Assembly (NCBI GenBank): GCA_964609775.1
Contig: CAZSSJ010000002.1
Location: forward strand, 19,260 to 83,259
Direction of reading: 5' to 3'
Length of the DNA: 64,000 nucleotides
Origin: an uncultured Gammaproteobacteria bacterium
Lineage (GTDB): Bacteria > Patescibacteriota > Microgenomatia > JAMCZE01
Part shown: in pieces, positions 31,258-39,972 of the stretch
How positions within the stretch are numbered: the first letter of the stretch is position 1
Layout of the letters: each line of letters begins with the position of its first letter
Position numbers and translations under genes: made by a program
Notes under the pieces: generated by a model
The model's input: the letters and a program-made list of their open reading frames with translations, nothing else
What the model was told of the DNA's origin: nothing
The model's database searches: none

Positions 31258-32910
31258 ATGACCCGCAAGATCTGGATCATCCTCCTGAGCATTGTCCTTC
31301 TGGGTGCTTTCCTTCGTTTTTACCTGCTTGGCAAAATCCCTGCCAGTCTTGACTGGGATGAAGCCTCCATCGGCGACAATGCCTATTCACTTTTAAAAAC
31401 CAGCAGCGATGAATACGGTAACCGCTTCCCGCTCTCCATTCGCTCTTTCAACGACTACAAGCCCCCCCTCTATGTCTATGCCACTATTCCCAGCATTGCC
31501 CTTTTTGGCAAGAATGAATTTGCCATCCGTTTCCCTTCCGCTTTCGTCGGTACCCTTTCAATTTTAGCAACTTTTCTGCTGATTCAACAACTTCTCAACT
31601 TCCGAAGGGAGAAAAATTCATTGCATTATTGCATTATTGCATTATTGATTTCTTTCCTCTTGGCCGTCTCTCCCTGGCACATCCAGTTTAGCCGGCTCGC
31701 CTTTGAAGCCAATCTCGCCCTCTTTTTTAGTCTCTGCGGGTGGCTGTTCCTCACTAAATTCATCTCCCAGGGGAGATGGTGGCCCATTATTCCATCGACA
31801 CTAAGCTACGTGCTTGCCCTCTATAGTTATCACAGCGCCCGCCTGGTAGTTCCTCTTTTTCTTTTAGGAATCGGATTCTACTATCACCGAATATTATTTG
31901 CCCGGATTAAAACGGTCCTTGTTGGCCTGGGTCTTGCTATAGTCCTCCTCCTGCCTTTAGCCCTGTCCACACTTCAGACGACAAGCCTGCAAGCCCGCTG
32001 GGGCGAGGTGAGCATTTTTTCTTCAGCGGGACTGCGCGATACCGTCAAAGTCACCCTCGACGCCCAGCAAGAATATTGGCGGCAAGACAAGCTCCAGGGC
32101 GATCGCCTGGCCCGGCTGATCCACACTAAATTTATCTCCTACAGCCGACTGCTGGCCAAAAACTACCTCGACCACTTCAATTTCAGTTTTCTTTTCCTTG
32201 AAGCCGATGGCAACGGTCGGCACCACGCTCCGGGGATGGGCCTTCTCTATCTTGTTGAGGCGCCGTTCCTCCTCTATGGAGGCTATCTGCTTCTTAGGAG
32301 GCGCCCGACCTACTCATTTTTTCTTGTGTGGGCTTTTCTCGTCGCCCCCTCGGCTGCCAGCCTGACTGCTGATACCCCCCACGCCGTCCGCTCCCTATCC
32401 TTCCTCCCCAGCTTTCAAATCATCACCGCCTTCGGCCTTTACAGTCTGTTGTCAAAAGTCAAAACTCTTTTCCGAGGGCCACTGCTACTTTTGATCAGTC
32501 TTCTTTTCCTGGCTAATTTTTACTACTTTTTCCACCAATATTTTGTCCATTTCGGAATCGAGCACGCTTCTTCTTTTCAATACGGCTACAAGGAGATGGT
32601 CGCCAAAGTCCGCGCCCTAAGTGGAGAATTTGACCAGATCTATGTCACTGTGAAATATGACCAACCCTACATCTATTTTCTTTTCTATGGCCACTCCGAT
32701 CCCAGAATAAAAAATGACGGGACCTTCCAACTAAGCTTTGATAAATACCGTTTTGTCAATTGGGGAGAACTGACAAACGAGCAAAAATCTAATTTGAGCC
32801 CGAAAATCTTGGCCGTCCACGCCCCCGATGACTTTTTTAGCCCCCATGTCATTCTTGACAAGATCTATTACCCGGACGGGAAAGTTGTTTTCGTCCTCAG
32901 CCACATGTGA
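31258..32910 (+). CDS. GT39 / PMT_2-like glycosyltransferase family membrane protein (paralog 6)
   Basis: LRFYLLGKIPASLDWDEASIGDNAYSLLKTSSDEYGNRFPLSIRSFNDYKPPLYVY. Contains an 8-bp tandem repeat at 31621..31648. An alternative TTG start is at 31249. Confidence 0.8.
   Translation: MTRKIWIILLSIVLLGAFLRFYLLGKIPASLDWDEASIGDNAYSLLKTSSDEYGNRFPLSIRSFNDYKPPLYVYATIPSIALFGKNEFAIRFPSAFVGTLSILATFLLIQQLLNFRREKNSLHYCIIALLISFLLAVSPWHIQFSRLAFEANLALFFSLCGWLFLTKFISQGRWWPIIPSTLSYVLALYSYHSARLVVPLFLLGIGFYYHRILFARIKTVLVGLGLAIVLLLPLALSTLQTTSLQARWGEVSIFSSAGLRDTVKVTLDAQQEYWRQDKLQGDRLARLIHTKFISYSRLLAKNYLDHFNFSFLFLEADGNGRHHAPGMGLLYLVEAPFLLYGGYLLLRRRPTYSFFLVWAFLVAPSAASLTADTPHAVRSLSFLPSFQIITAFGLYSLLSKVKTLFRGPLLLLISLLFLANFYYFFHQYFVHFGIEHASSFQYGYKEMVAKVRALSGEFDQIYVTVKYDQPYIYFLFYGHSDPRIKNDGTFQLSFDKYRFVNWGELTNEQKSNLSPKILAVHAPDDFFSPHVILDKIYYPDGKVVFVLSHM
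31621..31648. repeat. 8-bp tandem repeat (ttgcatta) x3.5 inside the GT39 paralog 6 CDS
   Basis: Read directly: ttgcatta ttgcatta ttgcatta ttga. Encodes LHYCIIALL. Confidence 0.9.
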
Positions 32911-34478
32911 CTAGGAAAGTAGTTTTTTTCTTAATCATCGTTCTTGCCGCCCTGCTGCGCCTGGCCTATCTGGCAGGAGCCCCCCCGAGTCTCAATTGGG
33001 ACGAGGTCTCGGTCGGTTGGAACGCCTATTCTCTTTTAACAACCAGCCGTGACGAATATGGCCAGTCCTTTCCTCTCTCCATTCGCTCCTTCAACGACTA
33101 TAAACCTCCCCTCTACACCTACGCGACCGCTGCCGCCATGGCTCTTCTTGGCAAAACTGAGATTGCCGTCCGGTTGCCTTCCGCTCTGGCCGGCCTTTTA
33201 ACGGTGGTTTTAATTTTTTTCCTTGGTCGAGTGAGCGGGCTGGGTGGCAAAGCGAACTTCCGTTTTGCCTATCTCTCCGCTTTCCTTCTGTCCGTCTCCC
33301 CCTGGCACATCCAGCTTAGCCGTATTGCCTTTGAAGCCAGTCTGGCCCTCTTTTTTTTCCTCTTTGGACTGGCCTTGATACTTTTCTATTTCCGTCACCC
33401 CACCACAAAGCTGCTGGCCATCCTCAGCGCTACCGGTTTTGTTCTGTCAACTTACGCTCACCATAGTGTCAAGATATTTCTACCGTTGTTTACCCTCCTC
33501 TTTGCTGCGGCTTACCGTCAACAAATTACTAAAAACTGGCCCAAACTACTTCCTGCCCTTGTCATTGGCGCGATCCTTCTTCTACCTCTAGGAAGAAACA
33601 TGCTCTACACCTCTGGTCAAGCCACCCGGGCACTTACGGTGAGCATTTTCGCCCCGGAAAACCAATTTCATTTCCAGGGAAAATCAACGCTGCAAGTTTT
33701 GACGGAAAACTATCTGTCTCATCTTGATCCCGCCTTCTTGTTCTTTGGCCGGGGTGACAATCCCCGGCATCACGCCCCAGATACAGGTGTTGTCCTCCTC
33801 TGGACTGCCCCCTTTATCATTCTTGGTCTAATTTACCTCATCAGACACCGACCAAAATATCTCGCGCTGCTCCTAATTTGGTTTGTCCTATCGCCCGTCC
33901 CGGCGATTCTCTCCATCGACAATCCCCACGCCAGCCGCTCCTTTCTCAGCCTCCCCATCTACGTTTTTCTCACTGCGCTGGGAATACTGTTTCTTGCCAA
34001 GCGAAGAGCGCTTGCCGCTTTGGGCATAGGGTTGCTGTTGGTGTTTAATCTGCTCTATTTCTTCCATCAATACTTTAGCGATCTGTCGATAAGAGATGCC
34101 CCGGCTTGGCAGTATGGTTATAAACAGCTTGTCGAACGCCTCGACTCTGTCTCTTCTAGTCGCTACCGGAAAATTTATGTCTCCACTGCCTATGACCAAC
34201 CCTACATTTATTTTCTTTTCTATGGCCACTCCGACCCATGGATAAAAAATGACGGCAGTTTTTCCCAAGCGTTGGGAAAAATCTCTTTTGTCAACTTTAA
34301 AAATTGGAGGCAATCCGATTGGGACGCCCTTGACGCTGACGATCTATTAGTTCTAACTTCAACTGATCCCCAAGATGGCTTAACAATCATTGAGGAGATA
34401 AACTATCCCGATAGTCAGGTTGCTTTTCGAATTACTCAACCAATCTCACGCCATGGCGTAATTTTGATTACACCCTAG
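32907..34478 (+). CDS. GT39 / PMT_2-like glycosyltransferase family membrane protein (paralog 7)
   Basis: GTGA overlap start. LRLAYLAGAPPSLNWDEVSVGWNAYSLLTTSRDEYGQSFPLSIRSFNDYKPPLYTY. Confidence 0.8.
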   Translation: MTRKVVFFLIIVLAALLRLAYLAGAPPSLNWDEVSVGWNAYSLLTTSRDEYGQSFPLSIRSFNDYKPPLYTYATAAAMALLGKTEIAVRLPSALAGLLTVVLIFFLGRVSGLGGKANFRFAYLSAFLLSVSPWHIQLSRIAFEASLALFFFLFGLALILFYFRHPTTKLLAILSATGFVLSTYAHHSVKIFLPLFTLLFAAAYRQQITKNWPKLLPALVIGAILLLPLGRNMLYTSGQATRALTVSIFAPENQFHFQGKSTLQVLTENYLSHLDPAFLFFGRGDNPRHHAPDTGVVLLWTAPFIILGLIYLIRHRPKYLALLLIWFVLSPVPAILSIDNPHASRSFLSLPIYVFLTALGILFLAKRRALAALGIGLLLVFNLLYFFHQYFSDLSIRDAPAWQYGYKQLVERLDSVSSSRYRKIYVSTAYDQPYIYFLFYGHSDPWIKNDGSFSQALGKISFVNFKNWRQSDWDALDADDLLVLTSTDPQDGLTIIEEINYPDSQVAFRITQPISRHGVILITP

Positions 34479-35122
34479 ACACCGAAGTATTTTCGAAACT
34501 GTTCATCATTTTCAATCCTTTCAGCCAGAATTAATCGGACCTCGCCATTAATTCCCAGGAAACTTCGGAGAAACTCGACTTGAGTCTCGCAAGGATAGGC
34601 ATGAATATAGACACTTTCCTGAAGTGGATAAAAGCCTGCGCTCCGAAGAATCCGTTGAAATCTGTCTCTGATTGACTTTTTGCTACTTTTTATATCGTAG
34701 AAAACGAGCCACCATTTATGATCCCATTTTGACGGTGGATCAATTTTCACCGATTCGATCGCAAACTGAAGAACTTTTGTTTTCCCCTTTTCCGTGATTT
34801 TGACAGTTTGGTAGTCTCCCATACCCTCGGTCTCAATTATTTTTTCCCTTTGTAAACGTCTAATTGTGTTTTGTAAATAGCGGCGGTTAAACAATTTCCA
34901 GTCATCCCAATCAGACCTATCTGGTTGAAAGAAAGTGAGCAGGCGAGTGCTTCGGGGTGAGGCGATGGCTAAAGCCAGACTAGAACCCGCTGCTAGAAGC
35001 AAGAGCACTTTTTTAATTTTTTCGTTACGCTCTCGGGCTTTGCTAGTGACCAGTTGTTTTAAGAGAAAATCACTCAGCTCTTTAGGTAGATCATGGGGAA
35101 GTGTCTCAGAACGGTTATCCAT
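34475..35122 (-). CDS. PaaX-family-like winged-helix transcriptional regulator (hypothetical)
   Basis: Middle segment IRRLQREKIIETEGMGDYQTVKITEKGKTKV is wHTH-like. The C-terminal KWDHKWWLVFYDIKSSKKSIRDRFQRILRSAGFYPLQESVY parallels PaaX (W-D-G-KWLLLLSEGLDKS...KKQLIWQGFGAL). This is the only minus-strand gene in the middle 60 kb. Its stop shares the CTAG with the convergent upstream gene. Confidence 0.5.
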   Translation of the reverse strand: MDNRSETLPHDLPKELSDFLLKQLVTSKARERNEKIKKVLLLLAAGSSLALAIASPRSTRLLTFFQPDRSDWDDWKLFNRRYLQNTIRRLQREKIIETEGMGDYQTVKITEKGKTKVLQFAIESVKIDPPSKWDHKWWLVFYDIKSSKKSIRDRFQRILRSAGFYPLQESVYIHAYPCETQVEFLRSFLGINGEVRLILAERIENDEQFRKYFGV

Positions 35123-35294
35123 AAGATGAATATAGCACCAAACCTACGCCATGGCGTTTTAATGATGATAACCGATTTTGTTAAACAATTAAAAGTTTTT
35201 AATCAAATCGGGGGAATTGAATTATTAAACTTCATGAATGCCTTTATGAATGTCATTTCCAAGCAGGTGAAATTCCAGAGCGTTCTGGAGAATT

Positions 35295-35316
35295 TTGACC
35301 AGATACTGTGTTAGAA
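35295..35316 (+). promoter_or_regulatory. candidate extended -10 promoter (TGtTAGAAT) for the downstream plus-strand operon, possibly a leaderless transcript
   Basis: TTGACC (35295-35300) and TGtTAGAAT (35308-35316) lie 9 nt upstream of ATG 35326 in a 203-nt AT-rich divergent intergenic region. The -35 spacing is too short, so only the extended -10 is credible. Confidence 0.25.
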
Positions 35317-35325
35317 TCTTAATAT

Positions 35326-36075
35326 ATGTCTAGCAAAAAGCCTAAAGTAATTGTCGTCATGCCGGCATACCACGCCGAAAAAACAATTGAAAAAACCTTT
35401 GCCGAAGTGCCGAAAGGTTTGGTCAATGAGATCATCCTTGTTGACGATGCCGGCGGCGACAAAACCATCGCTATTGCCAAAAAACTGGGAATCACTGTCT
35501 ATCAGCACTCTCACAATTTAGGTTATGGCGGCAACCAGAAAACTTGCTATTGGGAAGCCCTCAAAAGAAATCCCGACGTGGTCGTCATGCTCCATCCCGA
35601 CTATCAATATAATGGCAGCAAGATTAAAGGTCTGGTCGATCCAATTTTAAACGGTGACTATGACATGATGTTCGGCAGCCGAATCAAAAGTCGGGGCATG
35701 GCCCTGACCGGGGGAATGCCCAAGTCAAAATATTTTTCCAACCGCCTCTTCACCCTGTTTGCTAATATTCTCCTTGGCGAGAATCTCTCCGAGTACCTAA
35801 GCGGGCTTCGAGCCTACAGTCGGAAGTGCTTGGAAAGTGTGCCCTACCAAAGATTTTCTGACGACTTTGCTTTTGATCAACAGTTCACCGTTTCCGCCAT
35901 TGCCAAAAATCTTCGTATTGGCGAAATTCCCATCCCGACACGCTATCATGTCGAGCAACACACCCTTCCTTTAATTAGTTTTCGAGGAGTCAAATTTGTT
36001 GTCGAAAGTTACTGGATCATCTTTCTCTATCTTCTCCGAAAAGCAAATGTGTATAAAAGCAAAATTTTCGACTGA
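35326..36075 (+). CDS. family 2 glycosyltransferase, DPM1-like polyprenol-phosphate sugar synthase
   Basis: VVMPAYHAEKTI...LVDDAGGDKT...DMMFGSR. One C-terminal hydrophobic segment. Confidence 0.8.
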   Translation: MSSKKPKVIVVMPAYHAEKTIEKTFAEVPKGLVNEIILVDDAGGDKTIAIAKKLGITVYQHSHNLGYGGNQKTCYWEALKRNPDVVVMLHPDYQYNGSKIKGLVDPILNGDYDMMFGSRIKSRGMALTGGMPKSKYFSNRLFTLFANILLGENLSEYLSGLRAYSRKCLESVPYQRFSDDFAFDQQFTVSAIAKNLRIGEIPIPTRYHVEQHTLPLISFRGVKFVVESYWIIFLYLLRKANVYKSKIFD

Positions 36076-36081
36076 TCGTTT

Positions 36082-37539
36082 ATGTGGACGAAATTTTCCT
36101 CAGCAGCCTTGTTAATTTTGCTCATCTCCACCTCTCTTCATTTTTACGGCCGATCCTTCACCAACTTTTTCTTCCAGGACGATTTTTTCAATATCACCCT
36201 GTCTCAAAGTCAAAGCATTATTCAATCTTTTAACATTTTTTCTAAGCCGATACTTGACTTCTATTTCTTCCGACCGCTGACGACCCAGCTTTTTTGGGGC
36301 GTGACTTTTCCCGTCTTCGGGTGGAATGTCGCTCCATATCACCTAATCGTATCAATATTTTTTGCCATAAACATATTTTTCATCTATTGGCTATCAACGC
36401 TCCTGACAGACAAAAAGCCCATCGCTCTCTTAACCACATTCCTGTACGCCTTCTCCGCCACGCATTTCCATCGTCTGTTTTTTCTGTCACAGTTCCAAGA
36501 GATCGGCCTGACTACTTTTGTTCTACTGACAATAATATCCTATATTAAAAACAGCAAGCTTTCTTTAGTCTTTTTCATTCTCGCTTTGACAAGCAAGGAA
36601 ACTGCCGTTGTCACTCCAATCTTCCTCCTCGTCTTCAGTGTCCTATCAAGTCGCAAACAATACCGGCTTCTAGCACTGCATTTTCTAATCCTGGGAGTCT
36701 ACTTATTTCTTCGTTTCACCTTTTTTGGTTTTGCCTCTGGGGGCCCGTACACCTACGATTTTAATCCACTCCACGTCATCAATAACTATGTTTGGTACGG
36801 CCTTTGGGCCTTGGGCATCCCGGAGTCTTTCGTCAATTTGAAACTGTTTTTTGTCAACAGATATGATGATCTGGGACAGTGGCAATCGTTCTCGTTTATT
36901 AATCCCGATATATTCACTGCTTTTGGAATCTGGGGCGGGCCAATTATTCTTGTCTTCGCACTTTTGTTGTTAACTCTAATTCTAGCCCTAAACAAAAAAA
37001 ACTGGACCCATTTCTTCCGTCGAGAAAGCATTTTCGCCTCCATGATATTTATCATCTTCCTTTTGCCAGTTGCCTTCTTTCCTTTCCATAAATTTGCCTA
37101 CAGCTTAACACTTCCGGCCATAGGCCTGTCTCTGTTTCTGGCCAACCTACTTATCAATTTTTCTCTGCGTTTCCAAATCTTGTCCCTTGTCTTCTTCATT
37201 GCCCTCTCCTTTTTTACGACTCAATACAATGTTTCCGAGCACTGGGCAGTCAAGAAGGCGATAGTAGCCAAATTGGCTTGGGAATATTTCCGTCAAAACC
37301 ACCCGGAAAACATCACTGCGGACAACATTTATTTTCGAAATACTGACGCGCCCTATTGCTCGATTCTGAAAAATAAATTTAAACCCTCGCAGGAAGTGGC
37401 CTATGGTCTCGGCGGAGCCGATAGCCTCAGGCTTCTCTACAACAACCCAGAGTTGAAAGTTTATTTTGAAGACTTTGACGACAATCATCATTTGATGGCC
37501 GATTCTTTGATGATCGATTCTCGGCAGTTTTTGCCATGA
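36082..37539 (+). CDS. GT-C-like polytopic membrane protein (ArnT/PMT-like topology, family unassigned)
   Basis: About 12 TM helices. Acidic motif FFQDDFFNI after TM1. Confidence 0.5.
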   Translation: MWTKFSSAALLILLISTSLHFYGRSFTNFFFQDDFFNITLSQSQSIIQSFNIFSKPILDFYFFRPLTTQLFWGVTFPVFGWNVAPYHLIVSIFFAINIFFIYWLSTLLTDKKPIALLTTFLYAFSATHFHRLFFLSQFQEIGLTTFVLLTIISYIKNSKLSLVFFILALTSKETAVVTPIFLLVFSVLSSRKQYRLLALHFLILGVYLFLRFTFFGFASGGPYTYDFNPLHVINNYVWYGLWALGIPESFVNLKLFFVNRYDDLGQWQSFSFINPDIFTAFGIWGGPIILVFALLLLTLILALNKKNWTHFFRRESIFASMIFIIFLLPVAFFPFHKFAYSLTLPAIGLSLFLANLLINFSLRFQILSLVFFIALSFFTTQYNVSEHWAVKKAIVAKLAWEYFRQNHPENITADNIYFRNTDAPYCSILKNKFKPSQEVAYGLGGADSLRLLYNNPELKVYFEDFDDNHHLMADSLMIDSRQFLP

Positions 37540-39206
37540 AAGCCAACACCTTAGCGATCGTTATCATTATTTTCTTAGGGCTTTTTGCCATTCAGGCGCT
37601 CTTCACCCCCGGCTTCTACACGAGCCACGACGGCGCCACCCACGCTGCCCGGATTGCCAACTACTTCCTTGCCCTTGCAGACCACCAGTTTCCCCCCAGG
37701 TGGGCTCCGCTTCTTAATGGCGGGATGGGCTCGCCGATTTTTGTTTACATCTATCCCTTGCCCTATTTTCTCGGCGCGTTAGTTCACGCCATTGGGCTAT
37801 CTTTTACCGACAGTTTTAAAGCCATCCTTGGTCTGGCCTACATTGCTTCCGGAATAACTTTTTATATTTGGATGCGCAAACACTTTGCGGTCTGGTCTTC
37901 TCTTGCAGCGGCAGCAGTTTATCTGTTTGCTCCCTATCGCTTTTCCCTGTTGTTTGTTCGGGCTGCTTTTGCCGAAAGTATTGCCTACACTTTTGTTCCC
38001 CTGGTTTTTTTATCTATCGACCAAATGTTTTCCTCTAAAAATACGCGAAGATCAATTGCCTTCGGAGCAATGTCCACCAACCTTTTGCTACTGTCTCATA
38101 ATCTGGTAGCCTTCATCTTCTTGCCATTAGCCTTTTTGTATTCATTAGTCCTTTTCTGTCAAAGCAAAAAACTGTCAGCACTAATCAACTATTTTCTTTG
38201 CACCATCTTTGGATTTTTAATCTCTGCCTTTATCTACGTCCCGGACTTTCTAGAAAAAAAATACATCCGCTTTGACGAATTGATTAGTTATTATCAGAAT
38301 CACTTCGTCTATTTTTGGCAGTTCCTCCGCTCACCCTGGGACTATGGCTTTTCTTTCCTTGGTCCAGCTGACGCCATGAGTTTTCAAATCGGACTCGGCC
38401 AGCTTCTTGTACTGATTTTCTCACTGGTAATCTTGATCAGAATAATTATCTTCAAGAAGAAAGATAAACACTTCGCCAAGCTGATTTTCTTTTTAACCCT
38501 TTTTGCCGCTGCGGTGCTCTTAATGCTCGAAAGTCCCTTGAGTCGAATCCTCTGGAAAAACATTCCGGGACTCTCAACGATTGACTACCCCTGGCGGCTT
38601 TTGGGCATCACCACCTTTTCTCTGGCTGCTGTTTCAGGCGTTGTCGTCGACCAAAGTGGAAAAAGACTGAAAACGCTCCTGGCGACTGTCATTATTCTCG
38701 GAGTGCTCATTGCCAATCGCCACCATTTGCGCATTAATCAGCAAGTTTTCCTTCCTGATTCCCAATTTCTTTCCTACAGTGGTTCCGCGACCCATCTTGG
38801 CGAGTTTACCCCTGTCACTCGCGCCAGCTCAAAATTCATTCCTTTCCCCGACACCATCCAGGTCGTTTCCGGAAAAGCCACCATCGTCAAGCAAACAGAA
38901 AAGTCTGCAGGTAAAAAGTACCTCATCAATGCCTCGGAAAAGACCAAAATTCGCCTCAACACCCTCTATTTTCCCGGATGGCAAATTGCTCTTGATGGTA
39001 AAGTTCTGCGTTTGGAGACCGATTTCCAAATCACCGGGGACACCAATTTGAAAACTGACGTTGACCAGAGCGGACTTATATACGTCGACGTCTCTAAAGG
39101 TAAGCACGTGTTGACGGCTAAGTTCGCGGAAACTCCGGTGCGCCAGATAGCCGATTTCATGTCTCTCGGGTCGTTTGTTGTAGTATTAATCTTGCTTGTT
39201 ATCTAA
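37536..39206 (+). CDS. YfhO-related polytopic membrane protein (H-D...H...R / GQFP-RW family), paralog C
   Basis: FYTSHDGATHAARIANYFLALADHQFPPRWAPLLNGGMGSPIFVYIYPLPYFLG. C-terminal LYFPGWQIALDGKVLRLETDF. ATGA overlap upstream. Confidence 0.6.
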   Translation: MKANTLAIVIIIFLGLFAIQALFTPGFYTSHDGATHAARIANYFLALADHQFPPRWAPLLNGGMGSPIFVYIYPLPYFLGALVHAIGLSFTDSFKAILGLAYIASGITFYIWMRKHFAVWSSLAAAAVYLFAPYRFSLLFVRAAFAESIAYTFVPLVFLSIDQMFSSKNTRRSIAFGAMSTNLLLLSHNLVAFIFLPLAFLYSLVLFCQSKKLSALINYFLCTIFGFLISAFIYVPDFLEKKYIRFDELISYYQNHFVYFWQFLRSPWDYGFSFLGPADAMSFQIGLGQLLVLIFSLVILIRIIIFKKKDKHFAKLIFFLTLFAAAVLLMLESPLSRILWKNIPGLSTIDYPWRLLGITTFSLAAVSGVVVDQSGKRLKTLLATVIILGVLIANRHHLRINQQVFLPDSQFLSYSGSATHLGEFTPVTRASSKFIPFPDTIQVVSGKATIVKQTEKSAGKKYLINASEKTKIRLNTLYFPGWQIALDGKVLRLETDFQITGDTNLKTDVDQSGLIYVDVSKGKHVLTAKFAETPVRQIADFMSLGSFVVVLILLVI

Positions 39207-39212
39207 CAACCA

Positions 39213-39971
39213 ATGAAACTTTCCGTTGTCCTGGCCACTTTCAACGAGGAACAAAATATTGATCGCTGCCTCAAAGCCGTTTTCAAATGGGCTGACGAAA
39301 TTGTCGTTGTTGACGGTCGTTCCACTGACAAAACCATCGCTATTGCCCGAAAGTTCAAAGCCAGGATCATCGTCACAGATAATCCTCCGATGTTCCACAT
39401 CAATAAACAAAAAGCCATCGACGCGGCGAAAGGTGATTGGGTTTTGCAACTGGACGCTGATGAAGTTGTCACTCCCGAGCTTAAGAAAGAAATTGATTTC
39501 ACAATGAATAGTGATCCCGATGAAAATGGTTTTTGGATTCCCAGAAAAAATTACTTCCTTGGTAAGTTTCTGACTAAAGGGGGGGCCTATCCCGACTACA
39601 CTCTGCGCCTCTATCGCCGGACTAAAGGCCGCCTTCCTTGTAGGAGCGTTCATGAGCAAGCAGTCGTTGAAGGTAAGATCGGCTATCTAAAAAATCCCAT
39701 TTTGCACTATGCCGACCCCACTTTTGGCCGCTACATTGAAAGATTCAACCGCTACACTGATCTAGCCGCTCACAATGTTACCGGAGGCCTGCTGACAAAT
39801 CTTTTGTGGAAACCGCTTTTTGACCCTCTGCAAGGTTTTTTGCTCATCTACTTTCGTCACTTGGGCTTTCTCGACGGCTTTCCAGGATTTATCTGGGCCC
39901 TCTTTTCCGCCCTCAATTTTCCGATTGCATACTTTAAATCAATTGACATCAAAGAGGGGAGAGTGACCTAA
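39213..39971 (+). CDS. family 2 glycosyltransferase, WaaE/KdtX-like (paralog 3)
   Basis: LATFNEEQNIDRCLKAVFKWADEIVVVDGRSTDKT...GDWVLQLDADEVVT. Confidence 0.75.
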   Translation: MKLSVVLATFNEEQNIDRCLKAVFKWADEIVVVDGRSTDKTIAIARKFKARIIVTDNPPMFHINKQKAIDAAKGDWVLQLDADEVVTPELKKEIDFTMNSDPDENGFWIPRKNYFLGKFLTKGGAYPDYTLRLYRRTKGRLPCRSVHEQAVVEGKIGYLKNPILHYADPTFGRYIERFNRYTDLAAHNVTGGLLTNLLWKPLFDPLQGFLLIYFRHLGFLDGFPGFIWALFSALNFPIAYFKSIDIKEGRVT

Positions 39972-39972
39972 C

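Noticed and set aside
31621-31648. Short direct repeats (8-bp and 7-bp units) as a CRISPR array
   Set aside because: The units are far too short, lack spacers and lie inside CDSs. They are simple tandem repeats.
34475-35122. Possible Cas2-like protein (WLVFYDI...QESVY beta-strand pattern), hinting at a CRISPR-Cas remnant
   Set aside because: There is no CRISPR repeat array and no other cas genes in the window. The segment aligns better with the PaaX family central region (KWLLLLSEGLDKS...QGFGAL) and is preceded by a wHTH, so a regulator is the more parsimonious call.
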